Below are positions 23,773 to 34,981 of a stretch of DNA of 35,889 nucleotides, in pieces. The position numbers were made by a program, and so were the translations under genes. Every line of letters starts with the position of its first letter. Position 1 is the stretch's first letter. Below the pieces are notes generated by a model, which worked only from the letters and a program-made list of their open reading frames with translations, ran no database searches and was not told where the DNA came from. Source of the DNA: Nemertoderma westbladi (lineage: Eukaryota > Animalia > Xenacoelomorpha); contig JAUCBJ010005627.1 of the NCBI GenBank assembly GCA_032718475.1, forward strand, positions 1 to 35,889. Direction: 5' to 3'.

Positions 23773-23906
23773 CTAACTACTACTCTACTACAGTAGGTCG
23801 AGCGAACTCGGACAGTGGAAATGAGATACTTCCAGGCTTCCCGATTCTCCATAGTTGTCGCAATTTCGTTTCTCCAAAGTTCAGTATCCCTTTCAAGTTG
23901 ATCTAT
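23773..23906 (-). mobile_element. RTE-like LINE, 3' end fragment with (TAG/GTA)-rich tail
   Basis: Minus strand reads DQLERDTELWRNEIATTMENREAWKYLISTVRVRST, continuing RGRPAITYIDQ from the 26081-26530 fragment, then TGTAGTAGAGTAGTAGTTAG. Confidence 0.85.
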
Positions 23907-25701
23907 TTATCTGCCTTCCACGGGTACAACGCTAAGAAATTGAAACAAAACCTCTCCAAACTGGAACGCATCGCCCTTAAGAACATCTCGTCGGACAAAA
24001 CCATCGTTGTACTACGTCCGGATAAAGGCAATGGGGTTGTAATTCTAAACAAGTCAGACTACGTCGACAAGGTCCTAACTGTACTCGCGGATAAGAAGAA
24101 GTTCAAGGCACTCAATACACAACCTGAGGATTGGTTCCCGGATACGGTAAAGGCCGAGGACAGGTTCAAATCGCTACTCAACAAACTCAAACCATCATGG
24201 AATATTCCTAAGGAAGTTTTTGACTCATTTAAACCTACAGGCACTCACCCAGGCATTCTATATGGATCACCTAAGATCCACAAGGATGGCTGTCCTACAC
24301 GCCCTATTCTCTCCGCTATTGGCACTATTGAATATCCTCTAGCTCGATATTTGGTTCCTAGGTTACAACCGTACACTACCAATGAATATACTGTTAGGGA
24401 TACCTTCTCATTCGTAAAGGAGATTAATGATGTTATAACTGGACCCAATTCGTATATGGCCAGTTTTGATGTCAAAAATCTGTTTACGAATATACCGGTA
24501 GATGAAACCATTGTTATATTGCTTAATCAATTATTTGAGGGGACAGATACAGTAGATGGACTGAGTAGAAGACAGTACAAAAAACTACTAGATTTTGCAT
24601 CCAAGAACACTGAGTTTATTTTCAACCAACATAAGTACTTGCAAATTGATGGCGTTTCGATGGGTAGCCCCATTGGGCCAACGTTTGCTAATGCATTTTT
24701 AAGCTTTTACGAAAAAAAAATGGCTGTCCAATTGTCCACGTGATTTGAAACCAATGTTTTATAGGCGATATGTGGATGATTGCTTTATTTTATTCCGAGA
24801 TAGACAACATGCTAAAGAATTTTTAAACTATCTAAATTCCCAACACCGCAACATTGAATTTACTGTAGAATTTGAATCCAACAATTCCCTATCATTCCTT
24901 GATGTTCTAATTACTAGAAGCCCTGATTCTCTGAACACAACCAAATACCGAAAACCAACCTTTACTGGTCTATACACACACTATGATAGCTTTATTTCAG
25001 ACAAATTTAAAGTTGCCCTCATTGCTACGTTAATTTTTCGAATTTTTCACATTTGTACCAACTGGCGCCAATTTCAAACTCAAACAAATAAACTACATGA
25101 CATTCTGTCCCTTAACGGGTTTCCCAGTGAACTTATTTGGTCTGTCATTCACAGGGTCACCTCAAGACTAGGGGGGCCAGCCCGTCCCAAAATACCTTCG
25201 GTTGCCAAAAAACCAATCTACTTAGTCCTACCTTACTTAGGCTACATGTCATCACAAATCAACCACAAACTTAAACTGATTTCTCATGCCTACCCGCAAA
25301 TAGACTTCAAGATAATTTTCAAACCCCACATCAGACTAGGCACCCACTTCCCGTTCAAGGACAGATTTCCAGCCGCGATGAGACCCGTTGTCTTGTACAA
25401 ATTCAAGTGTGCCAGCTGTAATGCTGTCTACATCGGTAAAACCGAGCGACATTTTAAGACACGAGTCTGTGACCATCTGGGAGTCTCACCAAGAACGGGA
25501 AAGCCTGTGGCCAACCCACAACACTCTGCAATACGGGATCACGCTATAGAGTATGACCACAAATATAATTACAATGATTATAAAATAATAGGCAAGGCAC
25601 AAAGTAATTACGACCTTCTAATTAAAGAAAGCATCACAATTGGCAGACAAAAACCCTCACTAAACATCCAAGGCACGTCCTTCCCGTTATTTCTATTTTA
25701 A
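23907..25701 (+). pseudogene. PLE reverse transcriptase-GIY-YIG endonuclease, N-terminally truncated, one frameshift at an A9 run (24712-24720)
   Basis: RPDKGNGVVIL, LYGSPKIHK..RPILS, SFDVKNLFTNIP, GVSMGSPIGP, RRYVDDCF, LSFLDV, YRKPTFTG, VLYKFKCASCNAVYIGKTERHFKTRVCDH. Removing one A gives a continuous FYEKKWLSNCPRDLKPMFYRRYVDD. Confidence 0.92.
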
Positions 25702-25984
25702 AGGTGACCCCCCCCCCCCCCCCCCCCCCCTCCCCCCGCCCACCAGCACTACTGCTCTCACACGTACCGGTTCACCTTACTGCTTACATTTTGTACATTT
25801 CAGTATTTACAGTATCGCATGTTACAGACTGACGACCTACTTGTTGTTTTGTCTTATTTACACAATTCTAGGATCATAATAACTTTGTTTCATATTTACT
25901 ACATTAAATAATTAATGATTACTTTTTTTACAGTATGTTTATTTCGTAAAGTACTTTATATATTGCTAGTTTACACTGTTTATT

Positions 25985-26023
25985 TGGCTGATGATGATGA
26001 ATGTATTTCGTCGAAACGTTCCG
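25985..26023 (+). ncRNA. Minimal type I hammerhead ribozyme in the PLE 3' region
   Basis: TGG-CTGATGA-T-GATGAA-tgtat-TTCGTC-GAA-ACGT-T-CCG: core CUGAUGA and GAAA, 6-bp stem II, palindromic ACGU in place of stem III, 3-bp stem I. Confidence 0.8.
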
Positions 26024-26080
26024 TTTTAATTAATTGAAATATAATGTTGTTTAGAATCGCAATACTTATTCTATTTTGTT

Positions 26081-26530
26081 TTGATCTATATATGTTATGG
26101 CCGGTCGTCCACGACTAAGCTTTCCATTAGTTGGTTGCCAGAAAAGTAGATCTGGTATGACCTCGTCTTTACTTCGCCAGCAGTGCCCACTGAATCTTAA
26201 TTTGCGTTCACTGAGGATGGTTGATACAGGTGGTATTGTACCATAAATCTCGGCGTTTGTCATGTGTTGTCTCCAGCTGATGTTTAGGGCTGCCCTTTGT
26301 AGTCTTGTGTAGCAACCATCAATTCGTTGTTCGAGTGATTTAGTCAGTGTCCAGGTCTCACCCCCGTATAAAAATACACTTTCCACTGTGGCTCGAAAGA
26401 ACTTAGTGTTCAGGTGTCTGGAGAGATCTGATTTCCAGATGGTATCCATTTTTGATAGAGCTACACAAGCCTTTGCTTTCCTAACTTCTATGTCCTTTTT
26501 GCTACTCTCTATCCATGATCCAAGGTACTG
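26081..26530 (-). mobile_element. RTE-like LINE, middle fragment (end of RT and C-terminal region)
   Basis: QYLGSWIESSKKDIEVRKAKACVALSKMDTIWKS..FRATVESVFLYGGETWTLTK..RKLRFSGHCWR..RGRPAITYIDQ. Confidence 0.92.
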
Positions 26531-26702
26531 CGCCAGACCCGACCCAGTACACTGTTGGTATAATTGATCCAGCAGTTCAACTAGGCGTAACCCTAGTTCA
26601 CATGCACACAGCAGGGATATGTATATATATGCTTACCGGTACCTACCGCCATCTTTATGCATTTGCTGTTTACCTACTGCTGTACTGGTTAGCAAAGTAG
26701 TA

Positions 26703-28756
26703 CAGTCCAGCTCACCAACAGAGTGCCATCGGATCCGATCGGATCCAACACACTCCGACAGCTTCAAACAAGCACAATGCTAACCTACGGAGAATTAGTA
26801 CTGTTTGATTCTGTTGGAGAAAATATTTCCAACAAGTTTTGTCTGTTGGAGCCCATCTGAATCTGTCTGAAATCCGTCTGAAAGTGTTTGAAATTTCTGT
26901 TGGATGTTGTTGGAAGCTATCTGAAGCTGTCTGAAGCTGTTTGAAATTGTCTGAAACTGTTGGAAGTTGTCTGAAGATGTTTGACGCCATCGGAATTTGT
27001 TGGAATTTGCCAATGCCTTACAAAAGCATAGTAGGCATACAAAATGTCAATCACTTTAACTCTCAATTTGAAGAGATTGTGCGAGGGTGTACCATTGTAA
27101 ATTATAAACGGAAGATAAGATTTGTTTTACTTAATTTAATCATAACAATTTTTATTTACATAATTATATCGTTAACTATATCAATTATTAATTAACTAGC
27201 AACCATAAAGGAATATTAAATTCCTATCATATAAATTCCGATAAATTAATATAATACCACCAACAAGTTTTTAATTACATAAAGCATGCCGATCCTAGTA
27301 GTAGTAGTAGTAGTAATTACATAATGTGAAATGTAAATAATGCTATATAACTATATATTGATTTCTTTCACGTAGGGCACTAAATGTATACTGTAAATAA
27401 ACAGATATAAACACAAACAGATTAAGCAAACAGTATAGTAATTACAGGGAGTGAAATAAAATATTTTTGGTAAATTTTATTACTTGTGTTATTAAAAAAG
27501 CATCGAAGTAGAAAAGATTTGCATGTAATACTTCTAGCCCAACTACATATTTTCTCACGCACCTACTCCATTTGATAAAAATCTATTCACACAATCAAAA
27601 GTTATTGTAACTTTAATGTCTACAAAGGCGTATACTCCAAAACGGAATTAATATCCAATGTTGGTTTATGTTGTTAAGCGGCTCTCTAGTTACGTAATAA
27701 ATATTCAAGTACATTAAAACTATTCAACATTCTGACTCTTGAGTAAGGCAGTTGAGAAAGGTAGACCTAATCACGCCAAATACTAATTAAAATAATGTCT
27801 TAAAAACTAAATTGTATTCATTCATACATAGGCTATGTAGCCAAATAAAGCAGAGTGCACAATTACATAGTAATTGACGAAACAAAAACAAAACTAGAAC
27901 AGAGCATATCCAAACTTGTAGATACATAATAAACCACATAGATTTAGAAATAAGCACAAAGCTAATAAGTGTACACGATATTAACTGTAGAGGAGGGTAC
28001 TGTCTCCTCTCCTGCGCAACTCAAAATCTAATCATGAGTATTTTTTTACTGTAACTCGTAACTCAAACAAAATGGGCCTTTTTCGAAGAAATCCTACATG
28101 GGCACATTTTGGTCTTTGGAGTTAACCGGGCTAGATAGAAGGCTTGGCTCATTGGAAGTGTATTTCGGTAAAGCTCTATAGTATGGCTCTGTTTAAAGCA
28201 TACCCCGGAGAAGAGGACAGACATTAGCATGGGAACACGAACACACCATATTATCCATCCCCTATCCATATCAATGGTAGCCAGCTTGTCTTTCCCCCAC
28301 TGGGGGTAGACCATTGGCTAGCTTTATGCTATTGTGTTATACAGAGACAGCGGAAGGATAAAGAGAAATACCGACCTCGCTAATAATGGGCTGGTCCCAC
28401 AGGTCAGTTAAAGGTAGGTGTTACAGTAGGTACTACAGTTTGCATGTTCAAGGGCGCCAGTCCCTATTCGCTAGCCCAGTCTGCCATGGAATTCATGTAA
28501 TACATTCAGACGCTTTGACTCTTATAGTATCCTAGCGTACAGGAAGTTGTGAGTTCAGTGTGGTTAGGGTGGGTGGAGTGATTGACAGGTTGTTGGAAGT
28601 TGTCTGATTCTGTTTGAATCTATCTGAAATTGTTTGAAGCTGTCTGAATCTGTTGGAAGTTGTCGGACTGTTGGAGTTTGTTGGAAAGTGTTTGAAGCTG
28701 TTGGATCCGATCGGTTCAGATCGGATCCGATGGCACTCTGTTGGTGAGCTGGACTG
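26703..28756. mobile_element. Non-autonomous DNA transposon, 2054 bp, 38-bp perfect TIR, TA TSD, about 10-bp subterminal repeats
   Basis: TA|CAGTCCAGCTCACCAACAGAGTGCCATCGGATCCGATC ... exact reverse complement|TA. The 3' LTR shows the empty site AGTAGTACTTACC with a single TA. No transposase recognised. Confidence 0.93.
27283..27313 (+). mobile_element. Extremely 5'-truncated non-LTR retro-insertion: 13 nt plus (TAG)6
   Basis: TAATTACATAA at 27272-27282 and 27314-27324 flanks AGCATGCCGATCC(TAG)6. Confidence 0.7.
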
Positions 28757-28931
28757 TACTTACCTTTACCGGTCTGTTGCACATTACCTGATTACCGTGT
28801 ACCGGTACCACTGCTGTGCTGTGGTGTTATCTTATATACATACACTATATCAGTTATGACTATTATCTATCCTATCTGATATCAGTTGTTGTTGTTACAA
28901 CCAACCTACAGTTCCCCTTTTACCTTTGGCG

Positions 28932-28945
28932 TGGTGGCAGCGGTG
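28932..28945 (+). promoter_or_regulatory. Primer binding site, tRNA-Leu
   Basis: TGGTGGCAGCGGTG directly after the 5' LTR is complementary to the 3' end CACCGCUGCCACCA of animal tRNA-Leu(AAG/UAG), recalled from known sequences. Confidence 0.85.
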
Positions 28946-29246
28946 CGCTACGTTCTTACGTTCTCATACTGTGATACCTACAATCCACACCTTACCGCAA
29001 CAGACTCATGGATTGTACTCATTTCTGCCTTCCACTTACGCTTCGCTACCGCAGTACCGGTAGGCCTACCAGTCAACCTTCTCCAGGGTTTGTATCAGGG
29101 CACATAGGCCTACTTATCAGTTTATATTCAGACATTCGCTTCAGGTTCAGCTTCACTACCGGTAGACATTTCACACACTCCAGTCTGCCAGTCCAGGGTT
29201 GCAGGGCACATAGCAGCATAGGCCTATCACTCTCACAAACTGAACA

Positions 29247-30160
29247 ATGGCTCTAAAAGCTCCGAAATTACTCCCTCTTACCAAGACGGAAAGTATCAGT
29301 TCCTATGAGGCCTGGCGGGCCAATTTAATTTACAACCTTGCCCTGGATCCGGAGTTTGCACGTTTCACCGATCCTACCGCCGTGTGGTTGAAACAGTCAC
29401 ATATCACACCCACACGCGGTCTTTCAGACGACCCTGATACCGTCCCTGTCAATCGTCATCGCACAGCTATTCAACAATGTACTTCATTACAACTGATGTT
29501 AGGCCAGATTGCCAACTACGCACCTATTATAGCTCGGAATTCTATTGTTCGTGACTCTACTTTCCTCTCTTCTGTGTGGCAAGCCATACGTCTGCACTAT
29601 GGTTTTCAGTCCTCTGGTGCTCAATTCCTGGCCTTTTGTGACATCAAGTTAGAACACAAGGAGCTGCCTGAAGATCTATTTCAGTGCCTCCTGGCGTTTA
29701 CAGATGATAACCTTCTTAAACATGATGGTGGTATCTCACACCATGGTCTTATACCGGATATTGATGAGGAAGTAACCCCCTCCCTAGAAAACGTTGTTGT
29801 ACTTACCTGGCTTAGATTAATGCACCCAGACCTCCCCCGTTTAGTACAACAACGTTATGGTACATTACTCCGGTCCCGTACTCTTGCTTCAATTAAGTCT
29901 GAGGTCTCACAAGCACTTAGTTCCCTCCTTGACGAGCTTCAAACTTCTGCAGAGGTAAGAACTTTTCGGTCTTATACTCGTGATTCTCGCTCATTTGGCT
30001 CAGCCAATGCACCTAGGTCAACAACAGGATGGGCAGCTACACGACTACCACGTTGCTGTCCTTTGTGTTCCCAGGCAAAGTGATCCCCCACTGATCACTT
30101 CCTTAGTAACTGCAAGTTCCTACCAGAATCTGATCGCCGTTACCTTGCCCGTGCACGACT
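29247..30160 (+). pseudogene. gag: Gypsy gag with a C-terminal zinc knuckle interrupted by TGA (30081-30083)
   Basis: [33 protein letters not shown]...; read-through gives [18 protein letters not shown] and continues in frame into the protease. Confidence 0.8.
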
Positions 30161-33100
30161 TGTGCACATTGATGATTCTGTTGAGTTTGATCATATTCCC
30201 CATATCGAGTTTCAGCCTGAACCAGAGGAAACCCGATCCCCCTCAATCCAACGAGTTGCAGTACATTCTAGTCCTATCTTCGAAGCTGCCATTCATGGAA
30301 AAACAGTCCCTCTTCTTATTGATAGTGGAGCAGAATCCAATTTAATTTCTAGCATTACTGCCAAACGTATCGGTGTCCATATATCCCCTAACAACCTACA
30401 GATTCCTGCACAGGCTGATGGATCCCCACTCACAGGTGTTATGGGTGAAACCCGTTTTACCCTAACCCGCGGCAGTCTTTCCTTCCCATTCCATGGCTTA
30501 GTTGTATCTGATCTAGGTACCCCAATTCTGGCTGGTATGCCATTCCTGTCTGTCAATGATATTACCTTACGCCCAGCTCGTTCCTTAATTACCTTTGTGG
30601 ATGGTTCTACCTATGAGTATGGTAGTGGCTCTCGCCCACCTCCTACTGTCCGCCGTGTTAGTCCTTATTTGCTTAGGGCCCCACCTTGTTCCACAGTAGT
30701 CCTCCTGGTGAATCCCTCCAGCTCACCCTCCCAACAGACCTTCAGGCTTCCTCGGCTGTACTTATCGTGCCCCACAGAGTGAATGATATCCTCCATTATG
30801 AGTCTGCCCCAAAGTGGATTCGACCAACATTATGTATGGTCTCAAATGGTGCTTTAACGCTTCCTAATCATTCCACCCACCCAGTAAAAGTCACGAGGAA
30901 CTCTCATTTGTGTTCTGTTATTGCTACTAACCCAACTGTCCCCTCTGATTTAAATCCAACTGTCCTGTTTACCACACCCACCCAAACAAGTCGCACTACT
31001 ACTGATAAACCTACATACCATATTGACTCTGTCCAGTTAGACCCAGATCGTATTCTTTCTTACCATGAACGAGCTTGTTTCCATGATATATTGAAAGAAT
31101 ATCAGGATGTGTTCGACCCCTCCTTCCCGGGCTACAATGGACAGGCTGGCCCTTTTGAGTTTGTGGTTAATGTTGGCCCCTCCTTGGCCCCCCCAACATA
31201 AGGGACGTATACCCCAATCAATATTCACGTGACCGTCTTGTTGAGTTACAATCCCGATTTGATGCCCTGGAACAGTTAGGAGTTTTTGCAACCCCTGAGG
31301 CCGCTGGTGTCACAGTAGAGTATTTAAAACCATCTTTTCTTGTGGCAAAACCGAATGGAGGGACACGTCTCGTCACTGCTTTTACATAAGTAGCCAAGTA
31401 TTGTAAGCCTCCCCCTGCATTGCTACCTGATGTGGATTCCACTCTTCGTTCCCTTGGTCGTTTCAAATACCTCATTAAATCAGATCTAACCAGTGCTTTC
31501 TTTCAGATACCCTTACAGCATGCTTCAAAGCGTTTTTGTGGCGTTGTCACCCCATTCCGTGGTGTTCGTGTTTATCAACGCTGCGCCATGGGGATGCCAG
31601 GCTCAGAAACTGCCCTGGATGAGTTGATGACACGTGTTCTTGGTGACTTACTGTGCAAGGGTAATGTCTTAAAGCTGGCTGATGATCTATATTGCGGGGG
31701 TGACACCATTTCTGATCTACTTGTCACTTTCTCTGCTCTTCTCGCTTCCCTTAAGAATTGTGATCTTCACCTTTCAGCATCTAAGACTGTAATATGCCCT
31801 CGTACCACCACAATTCTTGGATGGCAATGGTCTAACGGTACTCTTTCTGCCTCATCCCATATAACATCTGCACTGTCAAGTTGTCCTTCTCCAACTACAA
31901 CACGATCCCTTCGATCCATTCTTGGATCTTATAAAGTATTGGCACGAGTCTTGCCACACTGTTCCGCCTTAGTGGGTCCATTAGACACTCTCCTCACTGA
32001 GAAACCTGGTGATAACCTTGAGTGGACACCAGAATTACTCTCTATATTTCGCCGAGCCCAGGCTGCAATAAAGTCATGCCGTTCAATTACAATCCCCCGT
32101 CCTTCAGATGAGCTTTACATTATAACTGATGCTGCCTCTAGTATTGATGGCCTTGGAGCTGTAATGTATGCCAAACAGGACTCTACCTTACATGTTGCTG
32201 GTTTCTTTTCTGTTAAACTTAAACAACAACAACACAGTTGGCTTCCATGCGAGTTAGAGGCTTTAGCCATCGCTGCTGCTGTCACCCACTTTGCACCATA
32301 TATAGTTGCTTCGAGTAAACCATCCCGGGTTCTTACTGACAGCAAACCCTGTGTCGATGCTTTTCAGAAACTCTCACGTGGAGCATACTCAAGTAGTCCA
32401 CGACTTTCTACCTTCCTTACTGTCGCAAGCCAATATCTAGTTTCCATCGCACACATCAAGGGTTCGTCTAACCTTCCAGCCGACTTTCAAAGTCGCAATG
32501 TAGTTCAATGTGACCTCCAGTCATGTCAGGTATGTTCATTTGTAGTTGATACTGCTCCCTCACCAGTAATCCGTAGTACACCTCATGTTCTCACTCTCAT
32601 CCCAACCAAACCTGTTCACTGCCTCAACCCCAACTACTTACGGCAGAGAGTCGTCCCCTCTATGCAAGTCGATCAGCTTGGTTGGTTACTCAGTAAGAGT
32701 GCCCTGACCTGCGGCGTACCCATGCCCATCTGCTACAAGGAACCCGCCCAACTAAGAAGGATACTCATAGTCGTGACATTAAACGTTACCTTGGCTGTTG
32801 TACTGTTGCTCGTGATGGCTTAATTATTGTCAAGCGGGAACGTCCCTTTTCCATGCCAGTTGAGCATATTTTAGTTCCCAGGCACTCACTTTTGGGTCTC
32901 CTTACCTCTTTACATTTAGAGTTGCAACAGCCTTCAAAGGCCCAATTGCGATCTATGTTTACTCGCTACTTCCATGCCTTAGATATAGACCGTGCTATCA
33001 CTGCTGTGTCCAGCCAGTGTCACCAATGCGTTTCATTATCTACTGCCCCCCGACGTGTTATTCCCCAGTCCACAGGTGAACCTCCTGCCATGTTCGTCGT

Positions 33101-34109
33101 CACTCACAATACATCCTACTCTTACGTGAGTGTACTTCTAGTTTTACAGCCACTTGCATTATTCCAGATGAATGCCATGAAACACTGCGTGATGCTCTTA
33201 TAGTACTAGGATCTGGATTATGTCCCCTAACTGGCCCATGTGCCATTATCCGTACAGATCCTGCACCTGGATTTCAGGCCCTCGTTGATGACCCCCATTC
33301 TTGCCCAACATCGACTCCGTATTGAGATAGGTCGACGTAAGAATCCTGATAAAAATCCAGTTGCAGAACGTGCGATACAAGAACTTTTAATGGAATTACA
33401 CAAGCTTCGTCCTTCAGGTGGCCCTTACTCATCAACAGTTATTGATATAGCTACTGCTAATCTTAATTCCCGATTACGATCACCAGGCCTGTCAGCGCGA
33501 GAGATCCTATTTCAAAGGGATCAATTTACCGGGGAACAGATCCCCATCTGCGATCTTGACCTGATTGACCAACAACATGACCGTCGATCGGCTAATCACC
33601 TCCCAAGTGCTCAATCCAAGACTCCCAAGCCTATGAAGAATGTTCCCCAACAATCCATCTCCGTTGGTGATTTAGTATACCTATACGCCGATCCTGTAGC
33701 TCTACGTTCTCGACCTCAGTATATCGTTGCCACAGTGGATGGTGATTGGTGTTCTGTGAGAAAGTTTGTGGGCAATCAGTTACGTGCCCATGCTTACCGT
33801 GTCCGTAAAGCTGATTGCTTCCTTGTTCCATCTATGCCCACTCTTACTACCATCGATAATGATCCTAATTCATCTGATGAGGATCTCTCTGCCGAGTATA
33901 CGTCACCAACAACTAGTCCAGATGGATGCGTTGATACTGCTGTTGAACCCGTCCCCAGTATGGACAACGATACTCTGTTTCGTAACGTGGATGGCGAATA
34001 TTCGATATCACCACCTATTCCCAATAAGTCTCCTCCACGTCTACAGGTGCCACTCCGTCCTCAGCGGCTTCGCCGACCACCAAACTATTGTGGTTTCCCA
34101 GAAAGTTAG
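30161..34109 (+). pseudogene. pol: Gypsy pol: protease, RT, RNase H, integrase; several stops, frameshifts and a deletion
   Basis: LLIDSGAESNLIS..ILAGMPFL; LIKSDLTSAFFQIPL, AMGMPGS, LKLADDLYCGG; IITDAAS, ELEALAI, LTDSKP, NLPADFQSR; CHQC, IRTDPAPGF, NPVAERAIQEL, GDLVYLY. Confidence 0.92.
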
Positions 34110-34646
34110 CTATAGCTGGTGTTTTGCGTGAATAAGTCTCGAGAGATATTAAATTCCTCATAATTTGACCTCTATATACTTAGTATGCTAATAGTTTGCT
34201 TAGTTTCTTTGTTATTGGTCTGCTTATACTCATGAAGTCAGGCCAGTCAAACTCCTCATTCATTGATTTGCTTTTAATTTGTATCACACTTTAGACTCAA
34301 GATTACTCCTTCTCTAGTGATATATACATCTTCACACTTGCGGTATATTACGCCTTTTGCTTGTCTTAATTATATCATTTCCATTGATATCTTGCATTTA
34401 TAGATATATATAGGATAGGTGTAGCAGTTCACCCAATATATTATTTTTGTTATGCACTGAGTTATCTATCTGAATCATTGGTACAATGTTATGCAACACT
34501 AAGGCGCTTTGTGTCATACCGATAACTTTTAGTTATGACTTACATGATTCGTTTACATTTTGGATATTTGCAATTACATATATAATTGAGTTAGATCTTG
34601 TGGTTATTATTTTGTTTAGTTAGCTTTAGTGTTTAATCTACATAGC

Positions 34647-34677
34647 TCTACATAGCTTCGCTATGTAGAAAAAGGAA
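34647..34677 (+). promoter_or_regulatory. Hairpin overlapping the polypurine tract of the Gypsy element
   Basis: TCTACATAGC-TTC-GCTATGTAGA (34647-34669); AGAAAAAGGAA at 34667-34677 ends 3 nt before the 3' LTR. Confidence 0.75.
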
Positions 34678-34680
34678 TTA

Positions 34681-34981
34681 CGCCAGACCCGACCCAGTAC
34701 ACTGTTGGTATAATTGATCCAGCAGTTCAACTTATGCTTACCGGTACCTACCACCATCTTTATGCATTTGCTGTTTACCTACTGCTGTACTGGTTAGCAA
34801 AGTAGTACTTACCTTTACCGGTCTGTTGCACATTACCTGATTACCGTGTACCGGTACCGCTGCTATGCTGTGGTGTTATCTTATATATATATACACTATA
34901 TCAGTTATGACTATTATCTATCCTATCTGATATCAGTTGTTGTTGTTAAACCAACCTACAGTTCCCCTTTTACCTTTGGCG
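34681..34981 (+). repeat. Gypsy 3' LTR (301 bp)
   Basis: Near-identical to the spliced 5' LTR except for a 45-bp deletion (5' LTR 26583-26627), a few substitutions and small indels. Confidence 0.95.

Larger units (their letters stand above)
23907..26080 (+). mobile_element. Penelope-like element (Penelope/Poseidon-type), 5'-truncated, inserted in the LINE
   Basis: RT + C-terminal GIY-YIG ORF, 3' hammerhead motif, and TSD TTGATCTAT at 23898-23906 and 26081-26089. Confidence 0.92.
26531..28931 (+). repeat. Gypsy 5' LTR (345 bp net: 26531-26702 plus 28759-28931), split by a DNA transposon
   Basis: Both halves match the contiguous 3' LTR at 34681-34981. Confidence 0.93.
26531..34981 (+). mobile_element. 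Full-length, defective Ty3/Gypsy LTR retrotransposon with CGCCA...TGGCG termini and 3-bp TSD (Troyka-like)
   Basis: Paired LTRs; CTG at 26528-26530 and 34982-34984; removing the element plus one CTG restores the LINE frame KVDDF-Q-YLGS; order gag-PR-RT-RH-IN. Confidence 0.92.

Noticed and set aside
23898-23906. Listed start of the PLE ORF (TTG)
   Set aside because: It lies in the target-site duplication; the element is 5'-truncated and has no true start here.
26712-27013. Gln/Ser-rich repetitive ORFs, also at 28564-28859
   Set aside because: Products of the 10-bp subterminal DNA repeats.
30081-30083. TGA between gag and pol as programmed read-through
   Set aside because: It falls inside the zinc knuckle and is better explained as a CGA-to-TGA mutation in a copy with several other lesions.
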